In this document: positions 50,613-62,391 of the stretch, piece by piece | Layout of the letters: each line of letters opens with the position of its first letter | Numbering within the stretch: position 1 is the stretch's first letter | Assembly: GCF_018977255.1 (NCBI RefSeq) | Contig: NW_024704743.1 | Coordinates: 52,454,001-52,518,000 of the forward strand | DNA length: 64,000 bases | Source of the DNA: Callorhinchus milii | Taxonomy: Eukaryota | Direction: 5' to 3' | Program-made: the position numbers and the translations under genes | The notes under the pieces: model-generated | Databases searched by the model: none | What the model was told of the DNA's origin: nothing | What the model saw: only the letters and a program-made list of their open reading frames with translations

Positions 50613-53600
50613 GAGAAATGATCACATTTTATATTTCAATCCCCAGTGAAATAAAACTCCCACCATTAAAAAGGACAAATTTCAAATAATGTAACTTAAC
50701 ACTTTAAAAATAATCTCTATAATCATTTTGCAAATGTAACATTACTAATTATCCAATATAGTTAGAGTGAAAAATAGAATGTTCATGCATTACAGAAATA
50801 TTTAGGGGAAAAAAACAAATTTCAACTATGCTCTGTTTTTTTTACTCTTAAAAAATGCTGCAATAACACTTGAGTATTAAAAATTAAGTCATTGTAACAT
50901 TGTTGCACTTTTTTAAACAATTGTCAAACATCAGCACAACGATCTATTCATCACATCTGCAGAAACCCAACACGATTCAGATAGATTGTGTGTGTGGTTT
51001 TTTTTAAAAAAGGAGGAATCTTCCCCCACTCCCCACTCAAAATGTGTATTCTTTTATCTAAGGCGGATACTTAACAGGTTCACCTAGGTCATACTTGCTG
51101 AAGAAAATTATTGCAATAAGGTTCCACAATTAAAATGTTTACTTTTAAAGCAAACAGGCTTGGTACAGGTGCTTGAAACTTAAATCAAAAGCAACAATTT
51201 AAGTCCTTTCTTTCTACTGAAAAAGTGTTTTAATCCTTTATTTTCAAGAGGGTAAACATATACTGTTAAAGTAGTCAATTGCTGCAGTCGTATTAAACTA
51301 AACTAAACCCTGTTCAATAAAATAATAATAATAAATAAAATGGAACGGTTTATGTAAAAGTCACCTGTCTCCATCACCCCTATTGACATTTTAAATCCCT
51401 TTTCGGGTACAGTTTTATACAGACACTGGTCACAATCCAGTATGTAACCTAAGGGGGATCCCATCACATCTCACCGATGCCCATAAGGGGACCAGACAGG
51501 CGACGTGGGGCAGTACCTATTCCACCACAAACTTGTTCTTAGAGAATATATTTTTGGTATTTGTCAAATCCCAAATAATGCAACAAATTACAATAGAATA
51601 AAATTTACATTTATCCAGTGCCTTTATTGTTGGGATGATGTGAAATGAAATCTGATTTGATCAAAGAGAGTTTGTGGTATTTCTTAACAGGTACTTGTTA
51701 GATTGCCTACTGCCTGCAGGAATGTAGAACATTTTGCAACATGGGTTGATAGGATATGCTTCAAGTTATCTGAAGGTAACTATTTGAATGCTGACTATTT
51801 TAAATCCCCCAAATTCCAGAAATTATAATACAAAAACATTTATATAGCACTTTTTTTGTCAGGATGATATAAAATGAAACCCCATTTGATCAAAGGCAGT
51901 TTTTTCTAATATTAACTATACAAACAGAAGGCAGTTATATCAGTACAGTAACTTGGACATTCAAACCTCACATTGTATAGTTCTTAATATACTGATTAAA
52001 CAAGTTGCTTTTGATTTAAACAAACTTGTACTTCAAGGACATGGAATTGTTAAAAAAAAGTTACTCAGTTTCTTTCAGCAGGTTGGAAAAATCTGGATCC
52101 ATTTTTGTAACCAAGATGCTCAGAAACAATTTAATTCTACAAACAATCTTTCAGAAATGCTTCGCAAGAAAAACATAAAAAACAAAAATTTCCTGGTTTG
52201 CAGAAGAATACTTCCAATCAAAGAAAAACCTAGCATAAAAATAAAAGTTAAAAATGATTTAAAGTCATTCACCAAAATGAAAAACCAAAAATGTATGCAC
52301 AATTACAAAACGGCATAAACTGACATCAGCATTCTACTGTATGCATATTGCTTATCAAAATCACTTCTTTTAATCCAAAATGCTAGTGCGTATTCCTACA
52401 ATAACTCTCATCAAATGGATTCTTACCACCAGCTTTAAATATAAATGAGTTCTGTTCTGTGAAATTTGTACCATCACTGCAGAAATTTACTTCAAAAGTC
52501 ATGTTCTCACTCTCCCTTTCTTTTTTGGAAGATTTGTAGTCAACAACTCATAAAAGCAACAATTGCATACATCTAAAACAGGGCTGAACACTGCACCTAG
52601 TTCACATAGCAAAAGCATGACAGGTACTTTATTTTTTCTACCAGTTTAGCCAGTTGGATTGGATGTAGTCTATTTAATCACAAGAATTAATAGAACCAAA
52701 TGTAAGATGCAGTTAAGCGATAGTTGGTGCACAGCTAATAAACAGCTGAATGAAATTTTGTACTTTGAGTGTCTCCTAAAAGTAATGAATTTTTTTTCCC
52801 CACTGGAAACAATAATAATCATGTCTTCGAGACATCTCAAAGCACTTCACAGAATATACTGTAAAGTGGATTGACTGTGCACTTTGTGGGCGAAACGCAG
52901 CAGCTGAATTAAGGATATATAAGCCCAAGTAGCTAACATGCTATTTATAGAATAAAATAAACAGATGTGTATAAAATAAACAAGTCTGTTTAGTCTCTGT
53001 AGCCAGGGGAATGCTGTAGGAGATCTAAGGAGGGGAGAATAAAAAAATCATTTAAATGGGAGGGTGGAATAGGGCGTTTTTATTCCCTAGTTTGTTTTAA
53101 AATAATGTTGGGGTTAGCTCTTCATGACCTAGCAAATCAAGTAAGTTTCCTGTTGATTGTTAAAATATTAAAAATAACTTATAAAAAGTATTTAAAATGT
53201 CAACTTCCTCACATACTTTATAAACGTAAGGGTGTACAAGTTTATGGAGAGTTGGTTTTGTCACATTTCAGATGGACCAACATGCAATTAATAGCACAAT
53301 TGCTTTTCACGGGCTTATAAGTAGCATGCGTAAATTTTAATTACTTTAGAGAATGCAATCTGCCTGCAAAAGCTTAAAAATTAGTCTTTGTATGAGATCC
53401 ACTTAGACGGAAGATGAACAGAATAGGGGTTGTTGCAATTTTAATACATACAATGGTAATATCACAGCTCAAACTCTCAGCCCTGTTTCAATGGCAATTG
53501 TGCTGATACCAACAATGCTTGTATGGCAATTGATTGAACTGTATAATCCATCTTCTTAAGATCATACTGCTTTACTTCATTATGCAACTGTAACCATGAA

Positions 53601-53649
53601 GCATCACTGGCATAAAAACACAAGTGAGTTTAAGCATTGCAAAGCATAC

Positions 53650-53727
53650 CTGCTCCATGGCATTCTGCAATGCAGCTTCCAGTTTTTTCACTGTTAACTG
53701 AAAGGGACAACTTTCAGCTTCTGACAC
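53650..53727 (-). CDS. ACCS-like exon 7
   Basis: tag|VSEAESCPFQLTVKKLEAALQNAMEQ|gtatgc. Confidence 0.92.
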
Positions 53728-53821
53728 CTAGAAATTCAAAATTGAATTGGTTAAGAAAAAAATGCCACATATCCAAACAGTTGATTCAGAGATATAGTAT
53801 TGAACATTTCTATTTACATAC

Positions 53822-53919
53822 CTTACTATCCAAGGGTACGTGTACAGGCCGAACTTCCCCGTATAGCCACATGTCAGGATTCACACCACCAAAATATGGA
53901 GTTGGAATAAGGTAACCAT
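53822..53919 (-). CDS. ACCS-like exon 6
   Basis: aag|DGYLIPTPYFGGVNPDMWLYGEVRPVHVPLDSK|gtatgt. Confidence 0.92.
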
Positions 53920-54008
53920 CTTTTTAAAGGAAAGGGAAAACATCTGGCATTATTGGGAGTCAAAAATTAAAATAAGTGAAGCAAATTAAAAATAATCATT
54001 ACATTTAC

Positions 54009-54075
54009 CTCCAGGATCAAATAAAACAGTAGAAAGTGCAGCAAAGATGGAACAACATCCATTCATGACTACAAT
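54009..54075 (-). CDS. ACCS-like exon 5
   Basis: tag|IVVMNGCCSIFAALSTVLFDPG|gtaaat. Confidence 0.92.
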
Positions 54076-55000
54076 CTAGAAAAGGCAAAATGTTTGAAGT
54101 CAATACCATCAGTGAAAAGTTTGTTCATTTTTTTTTAATCCCCTTTCACAACCCCCACCCTCAGTCACCACTGAACACCTAGCTTCAAAGGCTAAAACTC
54201 TCTGAGGAAACGTTTGGCACGATCAGTACCAATACTCTAGTGCCTGTTCTGGAATGGAACAACTAGCTTCTGCTCAGTGCTCTATCTAGTGACCCAGGAG
54301 ATATAACAAAGCTCCCACAATGATGGGAAATTCAAGAGGCAAGTGCTCCTGAGCCTTAAATTCATGACCACAGGCCTCTTTACATATAAATTCCAATAAA
54401 TCGCCCCAAGCCAACCAAATGATCTCCAACACCTAAATTAATTAAGTAATGATCCTCATTAGTTGGCGTCACTTTTATGATCACTTATAACCATCTGCAA
54501 CAATACCATTGCCTTTCACTACTACTTAATTGTTCTGAACAGTTCTATGGTCTATTCTACTCATACAAACAGGACACTGAAAAACAAGACACCAGCTTCT
54601 GAGCTACAAAGATAAAAGCAGAATAGACCATATTTCTACGAGTTAAAAGCAACTTGCGAGAAATAAGTCTTTGCTTAGCCTTGTTCCTTCAATTTGTATC
54701 GAAGGAATTCACCTGCATTTAAAAAAACTGGTTGGAAAAATAAGCTGTAAATTGTATTGTATTTCAGATCATCAACACAAATCTCTTAGCTACCACTTTA
54801 TACCACAATATGTTGAACACTAAAAGAGTGGAGGAAAAAAAACTAAGTCTATGTCTCCAACCTGCTTCCCTTTTACTTCAATGATTTTTGTCACTTTAAT
54901 CGGCATCAAGTAAACATTTAGGCCAAAGTAGTTATTCATTCCAAAAAAAGTACACCCTGAAAGGGTAATTAAATACAAAAAGCAAATTCAAGCTCCTTAC

Positions 55001-55070
55001 ATGCTCTGGATTCAATGCCTTTGGAGCTCTGGCATATTCAGTGAGAAACTTGGCAATTTCTTCTCTGAAA
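55001..55070 (-). CDS. ACCS-like exon 4
   Basis: tag|(S)FREEIAKFLTEYARAPKALNPEH|gtaagg. Confidence 0.92.
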
Positions 55071-56196
55071 CTAAAACGCAGTTAATGTAGAAAACAAAAA
55101 GCACCTTGTCAACTTGCATTAAACATACATTAAGTCAAGCTAAGTGTGGGGAAAAAAAAGTTACCTGAAAACCTCTAAAAACCCAATGTTATACTTAATA
55201 TGCTAACAAAAATCATTTTAAAGAAACATACACTGAAATGTTGCTAGTGTACACATCTTGAAGATAAGAAGTGCTCAAGTCTCAGATAGTTACGTTTAGT
55301 CAATGTCAAACATAATGTCTTCGATTCTTCATGGCTCACAACCCTTAACAGAACCACCCACTTGAGCAAAACTGAGTTCCTATTTGAGGACAATTGTACA
55401 ATTTAATAAACTGAAATAGCTTGCTTAATTTATTTTATGTGTTTCCACACTTAACAGACATAACATTTGGATAATTATTGCCCCACGGGCACAAAACGTG
55501 TATGAAAACTCAACATAAATCCAGATGTTATGCTTTTTACCACTGGTATGTTATGAATGTCTCAATTTAGTAGACACAGCAAATAGCTATCACTGTATTT
55601 GCTTATTTCATTTAAGATTGGAAGAATTTTCTAAATCTGCCAAGTGAAGTTAATAATAATCCTTGCATTTGAATATAGCCTTATGTTGTTGAGACATCTC
55701 AAAGCACTTCACACAATATACTGTAAAGTGAATTGATTGTATATTTTGTGGGTGAAATACAGCAGCCAAATGTGCCCAGCAATGTCCCACAACAGTCATG
55801 GAATGACTGTTCCTTTTTTTAAGGAACTAGGACAATAGGAAACGAAAATTAGAACAGGGAACAAGGACTACTGAAGAGAAACTACTAATGATTTTCAACT
55901 TATTTGAACAGAAAGCAATTCCTATCCAGTTATAATCTACGATAGCCAATATTAAACCAAGGCGCTCTTTCTCACATCAGTTGTAAATCTTAAATTCGAA
56001 TCAAAATGCTCTATATGGGCAAAATAACCAGTGAACATTAGACACATCGCGTTTGCCAACATCGGCCACTAATGGGATTTCCCATTACATTTATGCTATG
56101 TTAAAGGTTTAAGACAGGTCTTCATGTATAGGACCTTGGCAAAGATGTACCAGCCTTGAATGTGATTCTACTCGGATGTTCAGTGACAAAGCAGTG

Positions 56197-56490
56197 TAAT
56201 AATCCTAATCCTTGCATTTGATATAACGCTGTTCACGTCTTCTAGACGTCTCAAATCACTTCACAGAATATACTGTGAAGTGAATTGACTGTATATTTGT
56301 GGGCAAAACACGGCAACTAATTGCGCACAGTAGTGTCCCACAAACAGTCGTGGATTGAGTGACCAAATTATTATTTATTTTCTTGAGGGATTATTATCAG
56401 GCGTGTGGAGTAACAAAACTTTCTATGGTTTCGCCCTGCCGGGAAACGAACCCAGGTATCTCGCTTTCGAGGTGAGTGCTCTAACCACTG
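56197..56490 (-). mobile_element. Family A SINE
   Basis: Same core and tail; head slightly truncated. Confidence 0.85.
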
Positions 56491-56850
56491 GTCTCCAGTG
56501 TACACCAGAGCATTGATCTGTCACTAATATTTACCCCATGATTTCCCAATTTATCATTTCTTTGTTGGCTATCCAGCCATGATTAAAGGAGGGCACAAAC
56601 AGTCCATGGAACAAGAATCATTGGAAAGTGGATTATATCAATCTAGAGCACAATTCTGAATTATCTATATATATGAAGGTTTTCTGGCGCTTTGTGTTTC
56701 TTTGTACAACTTACATTTGTTAGGTCCTATAAAAATATAAATAGATCTCTAAGAGCTAATCCAGTTTCAAAGTAAATAAGGGTAAAGAAAATATTTTTCT
56801 TTAAAACACAGAACAATCTTGTGCTAACACATGCCAATTGCTCTCCTTAC

Positions 56851-56924
56851 CTCTCAGTGCCTTGAACATTGGAATACTGTAACAAATGAGGAGCAATGCA
56901 CTTCTTACAAGAAGGTCTGGTGAG
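56851..56924 (-). CDS. ACCS-like exon 3
   Basis: aag|LTRPSCKKCIAPHLLQYSNVQGTE|gtaagg. Confidence 0.88.
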
Positions 56925-57228
56925 CTTTAAAATAAACAAAGACCATCGTGTTCACAAACAAGCATCAGAAAAATGTTGCAAAATTAAGTGTTTTTTTAAA
57001 CAAAAGCATCTATTGCATTACAAAATTGTCACTGAGAAAATTGGCTAATTTCAATTTTTAAAAATGATGTATTATATCACATCTTCTCTTAAGAAAAGCC
57101 ATTGAATTCATGTGTTAATGCAACAAAATCCAAAGCTGGAAGTCAGTGATCTTTTAAGAATCAGACCTCACACCCCTCATTATCTCAAAAATATTGTAGG
57201 ATTTTTTATGGCCTTTTTATATACTCAC

Positions 57229-57288
57229 CCGTTTTTCTATCAAATCAAAACACAGTTTGTTCTCGCTGGTTCCCAAATTCAAAACGCC
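57229..57288 (-). CDS. ACCS-like exon 2
   Basis: cag|GVLNLGTSENKLCFDLIEKR|gtgagt. Confidence 0.92.
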
Positions 57289-57445
57289 CTGGAGGATACC
57301 AGAAGAATTATTTATTAGAATCTTACTTGCAAATCCAACTGTACCCTGCAATCCCATTCAAAAATCAGAAACTTACAAGGTGGCCATTTGGCACATCATG
57401 TCCAGGCTCACTCTTTTAAAAACATCTCCTTTCAATCCTATTTAT

Positions 57446-58620
57446 CTGCCCCCGGTCTCCCCCCCACCTCCCGCCCCCAATCTCTCTCTCTCCCTCCCCC
57501 CCGCCCCCAATCTCTCCCCTCCCCCCCATCTCTCCCCCTCCCCCCCCCCCATCTCTCCCCCTCCCCCCCCATCTCTCCCCCCCCCCATCTCTCCCGCTAC
57601 CATCTCTCTCCCCCTCCCCCCCATCTCTCTCCCCCTCCCCATCTCTCTCCCCCTCCCCCCCATCTCTCTCCCCTCCCCCCCTCTCTCCCCCCCCATCTCT
57701 CCTCCCCTCCCCCCCATCTCTCTCCTCCCTCCCCCCCCAATCTCTCTCTCCTCCCTCCCCCGGCCCACCATCTCTCTCCCCTCCCCCTCCCCCCATCTCT
57801 CTCCCTCCCCCCCATCTCTCTCCCCTCCCCCCCCATCTCTCTCCCCTCCCCCCCCCCATCTCTCCCCTCCCCCCATCTCTCCCCCTCCCCCCCATCTCTC
57901 CCCCCTCCCCCATCTCTCCCCCCTCCCCCCCATCTCTCTCCCCCTCTCCCCCCCATCTCTCTCCCCCCTCCCCCCATCTCTCTCCCCCCTCCCCCCCATC
58001 TCTCTCCCTCCCCCCTCCCCCCCCATCTCTCCCTCCCTCCCCCCCATCTCTCCCCTCCCCTCCCCCTCCCCCAATCTCTCCCCCTCCCCCCCCCAATCTC
58101 TCCCCCCTCCCTCCCCCCAATCTCTCCCCCTCCCCCCAATCTCTCCCCTCCCCCCCAATCTCTCTCCCCCCCTCCCCCCCCCAATCTCTCCCCCCTCCCC
58201 CCCCAATCTCTCCCCCCCCCCCAATCTCTCCCTCCCCCCCCATCTCTCCCCCCTCCCCCACCATCTCTCCCCTCCCCCCCATCTCTCTCCCCCTCCCCCC
58301 CCCAATCTCTCCCCCCCCCATCTCTCCCCCTCCCCCACCATCTCTCCCCCTCCCCCACCATCTCTCCCCCTCCCCCACCATCTCTCTCCCCTCCCCCCCC
58401 AATCTCTCTCCCCCTCCCCCCCAATCTCTCCCCCCCAATCTCTCCCCCTCCCCCATCTCCCCCTCCCCCCAATCTCTCCCCCTCCCCCCCCATCTCCCCC
58501 CCCCCCAATCTCTCCCCCTCCCCCCCCATCTCCCCCTCCCCCCCCAATCTCTCCCCCTCCCCCCCCAGTCTCCCCCTCCCCCCCAGTCTCTCCCCCAGTC
58601 TCCCCCTCCCCCCCCGCAGT
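57446..58620. repeat. C/T-rich degenerate minisatellite (~18-20 nt unit, CCCCCC(C/A)ATCTCTCCCCCT) in ACCS-like intron 1
   Basis: About 1.17 kb almost devoid of G on the + strand; the unit is directly visible. Confidence 0.95.
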
Positions 58621-59000
58621 CTGTCTCTGACCTGCGGGTTGCTGAGCTCCTCATACGGGTCCCTGGTGTACATGGCGAAGCCCCTGGCCAGGAGGCCCTG
58701 GTTGGCGGCGATGCGGGCCCCGCGGGCGGACACCAACCTCTCGGCCGACATGGTCACAGGCGGAAGAACCGAAAACCGATTAAAATCGCTGACTCGCGAC
58801 GACGGCCAACCCCCGCTCCGTGACGTACTTCCGGTCCGTCGTCACGTGGAGGAAGGCGGGAGGAAAGATCCCGCTCCGTGATTGGTCTGTCACTGAGATT
58901 GACATCTGTCACTGGCTCCGCCTCGGTCCTTCCTGTTTGGAAACCAGAGGACACGCCCCCCCGGGGGGGGGAGGGGAGGGGAGGCAGGAATGAGGGGGAG
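58620..59000 (-). promoter_or_regulatory. CpG-rich promoter/exon 1 region of the ACCS-like gene
   Basis: Only strongly CpG-dense unique segment in the window. Half-CRE TGACGT 58821-58826, ETS ACTTCCGG 58827-58834, E-box GTCACGTG 58841-58848, CCAAT (attgg) 58881-58885. Confidence 0.7.
58632..58751 (-). CDS. ACCS-like exon 1
   Basis: gaccATGTCG start; [40 protein letters not shown]|gtcaga. Confidence 0.88.
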
Positions 59001-59189
59001 GGGGGGACATTAATTTGGTTCTGCATTTTGTTCTTGTATCTATGTATCTATGGCCCCTGCATTAATGTGCAGTTATTATATTGGCAGTGTAATAAAAAAA
59101 AGTAGTGCCTCCGTCACATTGGTGGTGCAAAGCGTTTTGTCGTGTTTTCTTGTGAGGCGGGTGTGGAAGCCGCAGCCTCCCACAAACTG

Positions 59190-59800
59190 CCACGGCATGA
59201 ATGACCAGTCTTATCTGGAGGGGTTTTCACGTCATCTTAACCCCTCCCCCTCTGGACTTCCTCCCGCAACCTGGGAGGCCGAGGACAACCCCGGGCTCCT
59301 TTTCTCCCATCGCCAACCGTCTCCTCCACCCACCCTCTCACGCCTCCCCCATCCTCTCCAAGGCCGATTGCAAGAAGATGCTGGACTTCCTCGAAAGCAA
59401 AGTCGGGGGGATTCGCTCAGCTGTCTCTGCCCTTCCGACTACTAACCCCACCCCATCTCACCCCAGCTCTTACCCATTCATCCCTCTACACCTTCAAACC
59501 TGTCTCCCACTCTCTCACCACCATTATAGCCCACATGAAACCGACCACCTGCTCCCTCGATCCCATACCTTCCCATCTCCTTACCTCCCAGCTCCATCTC
59601 CTTGCCTCCCTACTCACAGACATTGTAAACCTCTCCCTGTCCAATGACACCGTTCCCACCACTTTAAAAACAGCCATCATCACTCCTATCCTTAAAATAA
59701 ACTCCCTGGACTCATCCCTACTCTCATCTCCAACCTCCCTTTCCTTTCCAAGGTCCTGGAACAAGTCATTGCTTCCCAGCTTCACTCCTTCCTCTCCATG
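59190..59800 (+). mobile_element. L2-clade LINE ORF2 remnant
   Basis: MKPTTCSLDPIPSHLL...IVNLSLSNDTVPTTLKTAIITPILK is typical pre-RT L2 sequence; frameshifted. Confidence 0.8.
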
Positions 59801-61920
59801 AACCCCTCCAATCAGGTTTGCTGGTTTCACTTTTACCTGTCCTAACATTTTCACTACATCTCCTGTAACAGTTTCTCTTTAGTTCATTGGGACACCCTCC
59901 CGATGTGAAAGGCGCAATTTGCTGTTGTTCTCCTGCTCAGCTCACAACAACGGACTCCTCACTAATCCATAGGCACCAATCACAACCTTCCTGGTTGTTC
60001 TCTCCAACTCACAGAGAACTTTGTGAAATCTCATCACTTTTGTCAACCTGTAACTCTCTCTTAACTTTTCATCCAGACTTTGACCAAGTTTACTTTCCAA
60101 CATCGTCCCCTCACTCCAAGAATGAGTGACTAATCTATCCACCTCTCAAATAGTTGTGGGAAAGAGTACTAAAGGGATTTCTGGTAGTCTGTTTTAATGT
60201 TTAGCCTCACTCCAAAAAAAAATCAGATTGTGTGGTTTGCAGTGTTTGTTTTTTGTCCATTTGGAGTTTCAATGAGCAAAATGACAATATTTAAATATTG
60301 AATATATTTGAATTTAAATTAATCTGACGTTTTCTTGTTTAAGCACAGAGATCAAGAAAACAATAGAATTGATATTTATCCTTATTAAAAAGTGGAAACG
60401 CGTTTAACATATTGGAACAGAATTTATTTTTTGAAGTGGCTTATGTCCAAAACGGTTGAATGTCTTATCTGAAGGTTGGCACTTCCAACAATGCAGTACT
60501 CCCCCAACAGTGCATTGAAGTGTCAGCCTAGATTAGAAGAGTATAAAGTCCTGTCATGGGTCTTGAATGCACAACCTCCTTACTCAGACTCAAGAGTGGA
60601 GAGTGCTACCAACTCAGTCAGGCTGACCCAATTTATAATGTTATAAAATACAGAACCCTCGCCAATAATGGTTTGCACCTGCACTCTGCCTTCAAACCCT
60701 CTTGAAAGCCTTTCCTTTTGATCAATGTAAGCTCTCCCCTCCTTCCCTCCCTGCCATCACTCTGAATTTATCGTCTTGGGAAGTGCTTTCAGACAGTAAT
60801 CATGCATGGACAGTAATCCACTATTTAAGTGTAAATTATTGTTGTTAGTCCAACATCTAACTGCAGATAATTTAAATGTACAGCAGCATGCATGCTGGAA
60901 AACATGAGATCCAGTTAAATTACATTACTCAGATAATTTAAAAATGAATCATCTATAATAATAATCCTTGCATGTGATATAGCATCTGATCACATCTTTG
61001 AAATATCTCAAAGTGCTTCATAGAATATACCGTGACGTCAATTGACTATATTTTGTGGGCAAAACACGGCAACCAATTATGCACAGCAGTATCCCACAAA
61101 CAGTCGTGGATTGAAGTGACTAATTTATTATTATTTTAAAGACAATATTTCATAACAATAAAATGTAACAAATGTATCATGTATAAGTCAGCCTTGTTGC
61201 TATTTCTAATTTGAGCTATAAACAATACAAACTCATCATACTAATGTTCAATTTATTATTTTATCTGCACACATTAGACAGTTTTAATATGCTTAGGGCT
61301 ATAGAAAATTTTCGTCGTAACAAGGTATTGATGCTTAGAAATTTAAATTGTAGTCGAAAATGCAGATTCAGATTCAATTTAACAGGAATATTCCCTAATG
61401 TCCTGCTATACACATGCACACAATTCTTCAGTGAAAGAATATTCTAAGCCACACTAAGAATAGATTTTGGCTTTCCTCCACTTCCAAAGCTCAGCAGTGC
61501 CTCAAGTAAACAGTCCACATTTATATTTGCGTTCCAACCTATGTAATCTTGATCNTTTTTTTACCAGTGCAATGCCTTCCACAAATCCTTAGCGAGATCA
61601 ATTGTCAATTTTGTGATTCATCCAAAATAATTTTTAAAACAATTTTCATAGGTAAGTAATGACGGTTTCTACACCTGTTAACTCAATTCTCAATTCTAAA
61701 GATTCGCTATCAATATTGAATAAAGCATAACAGCCCCCTAAAGCCCTAAACACCACATTTGTTGCACCTACTTCATCAGCAGACAATGAAGCTGCTGTCC
61801 CATGCAAATAAATCATCCCAAATCATCAGATCATCTCCATTAATCAAGTTTCTATTAATGGTTATCAATTGTTTTATTTAAGGCAAATTTACTAATGTTA
61901 TTCAATTTAAAATTTCCATT

Positions 61921-62391
61921 TCATAGTATGGTGCAAAAATTGTTTAAGAAAAATTGAAAAAAATTCTCTTCTTCACCATTAACATCTTTGCCCTCTGGTA
62001 AAGAGAATCGGCCGAAGAACAAAATGTTCTTGGTTTTGTTGTGCCGGATGAAAAACAGAAAGGGATGGTCAGCTACAATTTCAGGTGTCAACGAACGAGT
62101 TGTTATAATAATTCCTGTGGCAGCTGCTGCTTCCGTGCCCTCTTCATTAACTTCCACAAAAGATTTGTGAACAACCTTTGACAAAACCAGATCATTTGTT
62201 TCTGTCATTCCAGAGAAATCAGCTTTCGAATTGTTGAAAGCATCAGCCATTCCCATTGCTGAAAGTGTGGATTTCAGGTCAAATTGGTCTTCCAGCTTAA
62301 ATTTGGGTAGATGGATTTTGACTTTCTTTTGTTTCATGTTCTCCCATTTGGTCCAATTAAGCAACTTTTCACATGTGAGCACTTCCTCAAG
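61921..62391 (-). CDS. Clade B serpin terminal exon with reactive centre loop
   Basis: cag|[10 protein letters not shown]...LPKFKLE...ADFSGM...[22 protein letters not shown]...[26 protein letters not shown] + 24-aa extension. The gene's 5' part lies beyond the window. Confidence 0.93.
   Translation of the reverse strand, partial: LEEVLTCEKLLNWTKWENMKQKKVKIHLPKFKLEDQFDLKSTLSAMGMADAFNNSKADFSGMTETNDLVLSKVVHKSFVEVNEEGTEAAAATGIIITTRSLTPEIVADHPFLFFIRHNKTKNILFFGRFSLPEGKDVNGEEENFFQFFLNNFCTIL

Larger units (their letters stand above)
40311..58751 (-). other. ACCS/ACCSL-like (ACC synthase-like, aminotransferase class I/II PLP enzyme) gene span, complete, 14 coding exons, 1407 nt = 468 aa
   Basis: Exon sizes 120/60/74/70/67/98/78/101/84/46/142/143/154/170 join in frame. 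Motifs NLGTSENKL, PTPYFGG, INPHNPLG, DEIY, WGFSK|DF (PLP Lys), GWFRLVF. The exact paralog cannot be assigned by eye. Confidence 0.9.

Noticed and set aside
51953..52318. 121-aa Lys-rich ORF
   Set aside because: AT-rich intronic sequence antisense to the ACCS-like gene, with a non-ATG start and no recognisable motif.
57257..58881. Long Pro-rich and Gly/Arg-rich ORFs (299-497 aa) on both strands
   Set aside because: They are open only because the C/T minisatellite lacks stop codons. The tract is intron 1 of the ACCS-like gene; only 58632-58751 and 57229-57288 are coding.
61555..61555. Single ambiguous base 'n'
   Set aside because: An assembly ambiguity beside a T-run downstream of the serpin stop; it does not affect any CDS.
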